A stretch of 30,750 nucleotides of DNA, from positions 1 through 30,750 of the forward strand of contig CACWJV010000044.1 of assembly GCA_902761265.1 (NCBI GenBank), read 5' to 3'. The DNA comes from Oscillospiraceae bacterium. GTDB taxonomy: Bacteria > Bacillota > Clostridia > Oscillospirales > Acutalibacteraceae. The translations under genes and the position numbers were made by a program. Under the pieces are notes generated by a model. That model was given only the letters and a program-made list of their open reading frames with translations, searched no databases and was not told the DNA's origin. This document shows positions 20,726-28,611 of this stretch, piece after piece; within the stretch, counting starts at the first letter, position 1, and each line of letters starts with the position of its first letter.

Positions 20726-21562
20726 TCACCTTGCGTCCCTCTCCCGATTTCGAAGGTAGCGGGCGTAGTGTTCACAGGCTATTTCAATAAAATCTTGCAG
20801 CTGTTTAATCGAATAGTTCGGCCTGAAACGACGGACGGATGCAACAGGAATTTTGATTATTTCTGCCTGGTTCGGTTTTGGCTGATCCAAAATCTGTTTC
20901 AGGCTTTCGGTTGTGAGCGTACCGTCATTGCTGCGTTTTTTCATTTGATTCGCCTGCGAATATGAGGGCGTTACCTCATTTTCGGCATAGTAATCATACA
21001 CTGCCTTTTGTGCCGCTTCCGAAAGATAGGAAAGCTACACGGCCGGGCTGAGCGCGATCCGTCCTTCATCCACGAGATCAAGCAGCGGCTTGATCAAATA
21101 CGTCAAGCGGATATACCTCTGAATTTGAGTTTCACTTTCTCCGACATCGGCTGCAACCAGCCCGCGGGATGACTTCTGTCCGACTTGGACAGAAGTTTTG
21201 CCCTGATGAGCAAGCGCGTCAACTTTCATCTTATAAGCGAACGCTTTCTCGGACGGTAACAAACCTTCTCTCTGCAAATTGCTGTCTACCATACAAATCA
21301 CCGCCTCCTCTCGATCCATGGGACGAATAAAGGCAGGAATCATTTCGACCCCTGCCTTTTTACAAGCGTGTATGCGCCGGTGACCGCTGACAGTTTCATA
21401 GGTTCCGTTGGCCAAAGGTCTGACCAAAATCGGAAACATAACGCCGTAATCCGAAATGCTCTGAACGAGCAATTCCATAGCGAAATCATCCCTGACTTTG
21501 AATGGGTTTTCGCAAAACGGCACGCAGTGATCGACACGGATTTTTTCAAATTTCATATTCAT
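20726..21562 (-). pseudogene. Mobile-element ParB/RepB/Spo0J-family protein with an in-frame TAG at 21035-21037
   Basis: NPFKVRDD, SGHRRIHAC, MVDSNLQRE, PSEKAFAYKMK; GRIALSPAV*LSYL continues in frame into the 91-aa ORF (278 codons in total). Confidence 0.82.
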
Positions 21563-21647
21563 TTTTTATATTTCCTTTCTGCCCGTTCGGCCGATAGCGC
21601 AGCCAAGAATTCAAGATATTAAAAAGTTTAAGGGCCCGTCGAAAGCA

Positions 21648-22901
21648 TCAACGGTCAAGATCGTCCCGGTACCGATTTCGCGCATAATATTCGCGCCGCA
21701 TTCTTTCCCTTTCAGCCTTTTCTTCTGCCTCTTTGTTCGAAAACAAACCCTTGAGGTTATCAAGAAATCTATGAACGACTTCTGGAAAAGATTCCAGTGC
21801 GTCAAGAAACGGTTTGCACTTTTCGACAAGCTTATCGTACTTCCTTTGCAGGTTGCTGAGTGCATTCTGCACATCGTAATACAGACCGCGGTAATAGCGC
21901 TCGCTTTCCTGCAAACGGTTGATTTCTCCGCGGCTGGAAATGCCCTCTTTCGCAAGCGCCGTGAGTTGCTCATAGTCCTCTTTTGAAACAGAATACTTGC
22001 CGGTGACAGGACTTTTCTTTCCGGCTTTATCGATTTCAAGATAGGTCTTATGCAGCTCCTTTGCCGGTTCGTATGCGAGCTCGGCTTCTTGCTTTTTTTG
22101 CTCGATTTCATGCAGCCGTTCGGTATCTTTTTTGATCTGATATTGCAGCGATGAGAGATGCTCGACAGGGCTGCCTTTCATCCCGCGGGCGAATCCGGTG
22201 AAGCCGTGTTCGGTCATATGCTGATAGAATTCATCCTGCAAAACGCTGTAGGAAGCGCGGTACTTCTGCTTGCCGTTTGCACGAAAAATCTGCTTGCCGC
22301 GATCGTCATACATCGGTTCCGTTGACGCCCATTTTTTGGAATGACTGATCTGATGGATGACCTCTTTGACCGTACCGACCAAAGCCGGGTCTTTGCACCG
22401 TTTGCTATAGCGAACTTCTTTGTCAACCACCGGCATCGCGATCAGATGCATATGGTAATGATAGACCGCGCGGTCAAGGTCTTCACTGGCGGCAAGATTG
22501 ATCTCGTCGGCGTGCATGACGGCGGAAATGATGTTCCGTTCCCCATACTTTTCACAGGCATAATGGTACGCTTCTTCATAAAACTTTTTCGCGTATTCAT
22601 ATCCGCCGTGGTCTTCAAAATACATGGTGTTCACATCGAAGATCACCTCGTCAAAAAGCACCGCGTCGGCCCGTAATCCTTTGCGTGAAATCTCACCGGA
22701 CGCTTCCATTTCACGCAGAATATCCATATAGGATTTCTCTCCGGGATCTTTGAAATGGACGTTCATTGGGATCCGATACGGCTCAACATTTACGTTTCCG
22801 TAGTCCTTGTTTTTGCGCTCCACATGTCGCTCACACGCACCGATCTTTGCGGACGAATAGGTCTGTACACGGGCGCAGCTCATATTCTTTTCGTTTGCCA
22901 T
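21648..22901 (-). CDS. Plasmid recombination enzyme / MOBV relaxase (Mob_Pre)
   Basis: ERHVERKN, AVLFDEVIFDV, ISAVMHADE...YHYHMHL, SVLQDEFYQHM...GF.RG, coiled-coil C-terminus. Confidence 0.88.
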   Translation of the reverse strand: MANEKNMSCARVQTYSSAKIGACERHVERKNKDYGNVNVEPYRIPMNVHFKDPGEKSYMDILREMEASGEISRKGLRADAVLFDEVIFDVNTMYFEDHGGYEYAKKFYEEAYHYACEKYGERNIISAVMHADEINLAASEDLDRAVYHYHMHLIAMPVVDKEVRYSKRCKDPALVGTVKEVIHQISHSKKWASTEPMYDDRGKQIFRANGKQKYRASYSVLQDEFYQHMTEHGFTGFARGMKGSPVEHLSSLQYQIKKDTERLHEIEQKKQEAELAYEPAKELHKTYLEIDKAGKKSPVTGKYSVSKEDYEQLTALAKEGISSRGEINRLQESERYYRGLYYDVQNALSNLQRKYDKLVEKCKPFLDALESFPEVVHRFLDNLKGLFSNKEAEEKAERERMRREYYARNRYRDDLDR

Positions 22902-22937
22902 TGTCTGTCCTCCTTTCCTTCAGTTTTCTGCGAAGCA

Positions 22938-22980
22938 GGTTACACAACATTCTGCCGAATGTGTGTAACCCACTATGACA
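22938..22980. promoter_or_regulatory. Putative oriT (RSA-type) for the MOBV relaxase
   Basis: Inverted repeat ggttacac(a)acattc / gaatgtgtgtaacc. Minus strand CATAGTGGGTTACAC resembles the pMV158-family core TATAGTGTGTTATAC; lies just upstream of the relaxase. Confidence 0.7.
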
Positions 22981-23049
22981 CTTTCAGCGAAGCTGCAAAG
23001 ATGTCCGTGGGCAAGGGGAGAGCCCCTTGACTCCCATACGGGGCTGCGC

Positions 23050-24114
23050 TTAAAATGGCAGATCGCCGCCGAACAAGTCTTTCTGCCATTTCTCGTTTGC
23101 CGCATCGGCCGCCGGCATTGACCAGTACCAAACAAAGCCGTCTTTTTCTGACAAAACGCCGGCATTTCTTTTGGCTTTTTTGACGGTTGATTTTTTGAAT
23201 CCGGCGGCTTCCAGCTTCATTTCACAGTCATTCGCAAGCATTCTTCCGTCCTTCAGCATGCTTCGAATAAAGTCTGTTGCGGCGTCCAGTTTTTCGCACG
23301 GCCTACCTTGTTTCGGCACCAATGCGGATAGTGCCTGCTCCGCCGTCAGGTTAAGTTCATCGAGAAAATCAACGCCGTTTTCTTTCACCTCAAAGAGAAT
23401 CGCAGAGCCGGTCGGCGCGAGATTTGACTTCACCTGAACCATCACTCTTTCGCTCGAGTTTTCTTGATTTTTCGTTCGTGCAATCGCCAAAATACTTCGT
23501 ACCGATTCGGCAATATCGATCGAACCGGAGGTGCGATAAAGCGGCGAAGTTTCCCGAGATTTGTTCATATGTGCTATGATCACAACCGCGCAGCCGGTGT
23601 CTCTTGCAACGGTAATCAGATGGTTGAATGCTGCTCTTGTTTCGTTCGCAGCGTTCAAAGAACAACTGTCTCCGATATAAGAACTGAGCGGATCGAGGAT
23701 CAAAAGACCGGCTTTGTATTTTTCAATAGCTTCTCTGATTCGGTTGTCGCCAAAGGTCAGATTCTTTTTCTTTTCGCTGATAAAAATCAGTCGGTCCCGG
23801 TCTCCGGCAGAAGCAGTAAACCGAGGCACAACAGTGTCGTCCGCGTCGTCTTCTGTCGTCTGATAGATGATGGTCATCGGTTCGTGCGCTTCACTTTCAT
23901 CCGTAAACGGCAGTGGTTTTCCCCGCGACAAGGTTGCGGAAAGCGCGAGCATCAGTTTGCTTTTTCCGTCGCCCGGATCGCCCTGAAGCAGTGTCACTTT
24001 GCCGAAAGGAATATACGGATACCAAAGCCATTTTATTTCCTTCGGCGTGATTTCACTTGCCCGGATGACTTCAAGTTCGACGTCAGAAAGAGGGTTGGTT
24101 TGATTGCTGTTCAT
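23050..24114 (-). CDS. AAA_25 / RepA-like ATPase of mobile elements
   Basis: WLWYPYIPFGKVTLLQGDPGDGKSK Walker A, LLILDPL Walker B, IIAHMNK, GSIDI, QVKSNLAP. Confidence 0.85.
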   Translation of the reverse strand: MNSNQTNPLSDVELEVIRASEITPKEIKWLWYPYIPFGKVTLLQGDPGDGKSKLMLALSATLSRGKPLPFTDESEAHEPMTIIYQTTEDDADDTVVPRFTASAGDRDRLIFISEKKKNLTFGDNRIREAIEKYKAGLLILDPLSSYIGDSCSLNAANETRAAFNHLITVARDTGCAVVIIAHMNKSRETSPLYRTSGSIDIAESVRSILAIARTKNQENSSERVMVQVKSNLAPTGSAILFEVKENGVDFLDELNLTAEQALSALVPKQGRPCEKLDAATDFIRSMLKDGRMLANDCEMKLEAAGFKKSTVKKAKRNAGVLSEKDGFVWYWSMPAADAANEKWQKDLFGGDLPF

Positions 24115-24286
24115 ATTGGTTCACACTCCTTTTTGAAATATAATTTGGGCATTCGATGACAATAGCACGGAAGCTCTGTTTGCATTTCCGTTTGCATTGT
24201 CTGCAGAGTACGTTATACGATTTTCTGCCTCGCTCATTCAGAAAGATTGCCCATTCTTTCTTGAGGTATTTCGGCATTCTCGGCAT
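24083..24286 (-). CDS. Small Cys-containing hypothetical protein (67 aa) typical of clostridial elements
   Basis: ATG 24286 with GGGAGGTG RBS; MPRMPKYLKKEWAIFLNERGRKSYNVLCRQCKRKCKQSFRAIVIECPNY; overlaps the AAA gene start. Confidence 0.7.
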   Translation of the reverse strand: MPRMPKYLKKEWAIFLNERGRKSYNVLCRQCKRKCKQSFRAIVIECPNYISKRSVNQYEQQSNQPSF

Positions 24287-24486
24287 TCGATCACCTCCCT
24301 TTTTCCGTTCGTCTGCTGCCGACAGCCGAACCCGTTTTCTCCGGAACGCAGAAACGCCGGAACTCGTACCCAACTGTTGGTTTTCGGGGCGATTTCTGGC
24401 GTTTTTATTCGCTGTGAGGCACCGCTCAAGGATAAGCGATAGTATCCCTTTTCTTGCCTTCACATCAGAATTGCTGCATTTCGGGT

Positions 24487-24524
24487 ATAAAAAAGAAACC
24501 GGATCTCTTTACGGAACCGATTTC
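24487..24524 (-). terminator. Terminator-like hairpin in the leader of the rep/mob operon
   Basis: Minus strand gaaatcgg...ccggtttc followed by tttttt. Confidence 0.4.
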
Positions 24525-24608
24525 CATGTAATACTATAATAATACGTCTCAGCCCGGCGCGGCGAATGCTTCCATGGATGCGCCGACTTTATGACTTCTT
24601 GATCACTT

Positions 24609-24635
24609 GCCGGAGATAAAATCCGGCTTTTTTTT
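24609..24635 (+). terminator. Terminator-like hairpin on + strand with no CDS upstream
   Basis: gccgga-gataaaa-tccggc followed by 8 T. Confidence 0.5.
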
Positions 24636-24794
24636 ATCAGCCTCCTACTTTATCTATAGTCGAAAATTTGGTTTTTACCGACGACTGCGTGACAGACGAT
24701 TTTGAAGGAGTGTGACAAAAACGATTTCACACATTCGACGAATTTCTGACTCTGTGATAGGATGGAATCACCAAAGAAAACGGAGGTATGTTAT

Positions 24795-25220
24795 ATGGAA
24801 AAATTTATCATTGATGAGTGCACCGGGTGGGAATATGAATTGAAAGGCGACTACTATTATCCGACCGGCAGAGTCAGGAAAAACGGCGTAATGGTGCCGG
24901 AAGAAATGCCGGAAACTGATCCGGCGGAGGAGAAAAAACAGTCAATCGGTATTTGGGGAGAACGGCATTTACAGTACATCAAGCAATATAAAAAATCTAT
25001 GTATTTCGAACTGTATATTTCTGGCAAGTTGAACGCGTATCTTGTAAATGTCAACGTACAGGCAACGGATTTATTGCTTCGGCTGGAAAACGATATGGCA
25101 GAGCAGGAGGGTGTGACGGAACAGATCAAAGCTGAAGATCCAATGCGCTGGGTTGGGTTGATGAATAACATACGAAACAGGGCAATGGAAATTGTGAACA
25201 GCGAATTGATATTTGCATAG
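24795..25220 (+). CDS. tnpV: TnpV-family transposon-encoded protein
   Basis: ATG 24795 with GGAGG RBS; YELKGDYYYP, IGIWGERHLQYIK, GKLNAYL, EGVTEQIKAEDPMRWVGLMNNIRNRAMEIV. Confidence 0.88.
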   Translation: MEKFIIDECTGWEYELKGDYYYPTGRVRKNGVMVPEEMPETDPAEEKKQSIGIWGERHLQYIKQYKKSMYFELYISGKLNAYLVNVNVQATDLLLRLENDMAEQEGVTEQIKAEDPMRWVGLMNNIRNRAMEIVNSELIFA

Positions 25221-25231
25221 AACAATTTGTC

Positions 25232-25258
25232 AAAGCGGAGCCAAGCGCTTCGCTTTTT
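25232..25258 (+). terminator. Intrinsic terminator after tnpV
   Basis: aaagcggagc-caagc-gcttcgcttt followed by further T residues. Confidence 0.55.
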
Positions 25259-25298
25259 AGCTTATAAAAACATCACTACATATAAAAACACAAAACAC

Positions 25299-25334
25299 TT
25301 GATATTTAGAAGAAAATAATATATACTATTTTCT
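25299..25334 (+). promoter_or_regulatory. Sigma-A promoter with a 24-bp palindrome overlapping the -10 box
   Basis: TTGATA (25299-25304), 17 nt, TATACT (25322-25327); palindrome AGAAAATA-A-TATATA-C-TATTTTCT at 25311-25334. Confidence 0.7.
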
Positions 25335-25346
25335 GCGAGGTGCATT

Positions 25347-25952
25347 ATGAGCAGACCAAACTATTTACAAGTAACCAAAAAAAGAATTGAAGCCGCCCAA
25401 ATCGGCTCTGTTTTTGTTGCGGCAGATTTTGCTGACATCGCAGAAACAAAGAAAATTAGCGATTGCCTGAACCGGTTGGAAAATGAAAAAACTATTCGTC
25501 GTGTGATGTTCGGCGTGTATTATAAACCGGAATACAGCAAATTGCTAAATGAAATCATTGCTCCTGCGCCTGATGCAGTTGCACATGCGCTTGCACGCAA
25601 TTTCGGTTGGACCATCGTTCCCTGCGGCGATACAGCGTTATATTTTCTTGGCCTTTCTACACAAGTCTCTGCGCAATGGTCTTACGTCAGCGACGGAGCA
25701 TATAAAGAGTATTTCTTTTATGATACAACCCTAAAATTCAAACGCACCACAAACAAAGAGATTTCAAAGCTTTCTCCAAAAACGGCGTTGGTGATTCAGG
25801 CGCTGAAAGCGCTTGGCAAAGAAAACATCACCGATGAAACGATCGAAAAAATCCAATCTCATACAACCGCTGTCGAGCGCAGGGCGATGCTGAAAGAAGC
25901 GCAATATGCAACAGCTTGGATCTATGAAGTCATCAAACGAATCTGCAGATGA
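25347..25952 (+). CDS. DUF6088-family protein (wHTH, AbiEi-antitoxin-like)
   Basis: GSVFVAADFADIA, LNRL...IRRVMFGVYYKP, VAHALARNFGWTIVPCGDTALYFLGLSTQV, SDGAYKEY, LVIQALKALGK. Confidence 0.78.
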   Translation: MSRPNYLQVTKKRIEAAQIGSVFVAADFADIAETKKISDCLNRLENEKTIRRVMFGVYYKPEYSKLLNEIIAPAPDAVAHALARNFGWTIVPCGDTALYFLGLSTQVSAQWSYVSDGAYKEYFFYDTTLKFKRTTNKEISKLSPKTALVIQALKALGKENITDETIEKIQSHTTAVERRAMLKEAQYATAWIYEVIKRICR

Positions 25953-25974
25953 AAAAGTGTGGAGGAAATAAAAC

Positions 25975-26958
25975 ATGAGCGAAATGATGATCTTTCAAAC
26001 CGAAGACCGGGAAGTGTCTATTGATGTGCGTTTCGATACGGCCGCAGAAACAGTCTGGCTGACCGCAAATCAAATGGCAGAGCTTTTCGACAGAGATGAA
26101 AAAACAATTCGAAAACATATAAATCATATTTTTGAGGAAGGGGAACTCGTTCTTGAGAACAACACGCAAAAAATGCGTGTTGATGGTGTAAAACAACCCG
26201 TTTCATTTTATAACCTTGACGTTATCATTTCGGTTGGTTACCGCGTGAAATCTTTGCGTGGTACGCAATTCCGCCAATGGGCAACCAAACGTCTGAACGA
26301 ATATATCCGTAAGGGCTTCACCATAGACGATGATCGGCTGAAACAGCTTGGCGGCGGGGGATACTTCAAGGAACTGCTGGAACGCATCCGCGATATCCGG
26401 TCATCGGAAAAAGTGATCTATCGACAGGTTCTTGATATTTACGCCACCAGTATTGACTATGATCCCCGTGCAGAGATTTCTATTGATTTTTTCCGGAAGG
26501 TGCAAAACAAGATCCATTACGCCGTACATGGCGAAACAGCCGCTGAAGTCATTTTTCACCGTGCCGATGCGGAAAAGGAATTTATGGGACTGAAAACCTT
26601 CCGCGGGGATCGGCCGCATCTTGCAGACACGGAAATTGCCAAAAACTATCTTGACGAAAAAGAGCTGCGCGCCATGGGACAGATTGTTTCAGGGTATCTG
26701 GATTTTGCCGAACGGCAGGCCGAGCGGGAGATTCCGATGACCATGCAGGACTGGGCAGCGCATTTGGACGGAATTCTGACCGCCACAGGTGAAAAGCTGC
26801 TGCTCGGTGCGGGCAGCGTTTCTCACGCGCAGGCAATCGAAAAAGCACACACCGAATACAAAAAATATCAGCAGCGCACCTTGAGCGCGGTGGAGCAGGA
26901 TTATCTGGATGCGATCCGGCTGCTCGACAAACGTGTTGAACAGGACGGAGAAGTATAA
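25975..26958 (+). CDS. RhuM-family (COG3943) protein
   Basis: ETVWLTANQMAELF, KHINHIFEEGEL, YNLDVIISVGYRVKSLRGTQFRQWAT, GFTIDDDRLK, ELLERIRDIRSSEK, AKNYLDEKEL. Confidence 0.88.
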   Translation: MSEMMIFQTEDREVSIDVRFDTAAETVWLTANQMAELFDRDEKTIRKHINHIFEEGELVLENNTQKMRVDGVKQPVSFYNLDVIISVGYRVKSLRGTQFRQWATKRLNEYIRKGFTIDDDRLKQLGGGGYFKELLERIRDIRSSEKVIYRQVLDIYATSIDYDPRAEISIDFFRKVQNKIHYAVHGETAAEVIFHRADAEKEFMGLKTFRGDRPHLADTEIAKNYLDEKELRAMGQIVSGYLDFAERQAEREIPMTMQDWAAHLDGILTATGEKLLLGAGSVSHAQAIEKAHTEYKKYQQRTLSAVEQDYLDAIRLLDKRVEQDGEV

Positions 26959-27013
26959 ATAAAACATTTTTCGTGCTTCCTCATCAGTGAAATTGAGATA
27001 GGAGAAAAAAGTT

Positions 27014-28611
27014 ATGGCGAATAAACTTGAATTGACATGGTATGGGAAGGAACAGCCCATCGTCGTGGAACCGCGCCTTTTGATAGAAAATACAGCTTTG
27101 TCCAACTGCGCCAATGATCCGGACACGGAAAACATGTTGATCCATGGTGACAACCTATTTTCGAATACTATGATGACAATCTTGAACATAGTATCTGGCT
27201 CGGATTAATGCATTCACGTCTCACACTTTTAAGGAATATTCTTTCTGATGATGGCTTTTTTTGCTGCCAGATAGATGATTCCGAAGGGCACTATTTGAAA
27301 ACCATTCTTGATGAGATATTTGGGAGATCAAACTATTTGACAACGATATATGTTCGCGTCCGGTATCCCGAAAAGACCCTTAAACAAGACATGGCTTTTC
27401 ACAAGGAAATTGAACAAGTTCATATTTATAGAAAAACACCTTTGGCTAAACCTATTATGGACACTGTAGAAGACGGATATGATAAGTTCAAATACAGAAT
27501 CGATGTTAAAAGTGAACCATCTAAGGTGATCGAACTTGGCGGCAAAAAATTGGAGGTTTATTCTAAAGATTCATATCAGATAATGGAAGAAGAAGGCTCG
27601 GAGTATGGTCTTAAGGAGATTTGGGCTTCGGGGACTATACTGGACGGAAATTCTTCAGGTAGATTCTTCCGCGATTATTTAACTGGAAGATATGAAGAAG
27701 ATGGATATGGCGTTCTATATAAAGTCTATGGCATCGGTGATGACCGCTACGATTACCGTTTTTTTACCGGTCCTAATAGGGTTGGGGCGACAAAAGGTAA
27801 ATACTATCAAGGCGTACCTGTAGATAAAATTGAAAGTGGCAAAATGACAAAAGAAGTGCCAATCAACGGATTTCTCGACTTGGCTGCCAATTTTGGGAAT
27901 TGTCGTCAAGAAGGTGGTTCAGAGTTTAGAGGCGGCAAAAAGCCTGAAATCCTTATAAAATACCTTTTATCCCATTTTTCTATGCCCGGCGATGTTGTGT
28001 TGGATAGTTTCCTCGGATCAGGAACAACAGCAGCAGTGGCACATAAGATGGGAAGAAAATACATAGGTGTCGAAATGGGGGATCACGCATATAGTTTGTG
28101 TCAACCTCGTCTAAACAGGGTGATTGATGGTGATAAAACCGGCATTTCAACCTCTGTGAACTGGCAAGGCGGCGGTGGATACCGCTTCTATGAGTTGGCT
28201 CCATCCCTCATTAACGAAGATCCGTTTGGTGAATATGTGATCAACGCTGATTATGACGCGGATATGCTCGCTGCGGCTGTGGCTCTGCATGAAGGTTTCA
28301 CCTATCAGCCGGACAACGGCCTGTTTTGGAAACAGTCTGTGGGTAACGAGAACAGCTATCTGTTTGTCACTACGCGACACCTGAACAGTCCGTTCCTTGA
28401 TTCCATCCGAAATACTATGGAGGACGGAGAATATCTGATCATTGCCTGCCGGTCCTATGACAAAGGGCTCGAAAAGGCATACGGCAATATCACGATCAAA
28501 AAAATTCCGCAAATGCTGCTTGACCGTTGTGAATTCGGAAAAACAGATTATAATCTGAATATCGTTCATCCGCCGGTCTATGAAGATGAGGAGGAAGCAT
28601 TTGATGATTAA
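27014..28611 (+). CDS. mod: Type III restriction-modification methyltransferase Mod, split by a frameshifting deletion at ~27159 that removes the DPPY catalytic motif
   Basis: MANKLELTWYGK...NMLIHGDNL, then a new frame FEYYDDNLEHSIWLGLMHSRL...QIDDSE; KKPE, motif I VLDSFLGSGTT, GGGYRFYELA. No (D/N)PPY motif present. Confidence 0.88.
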
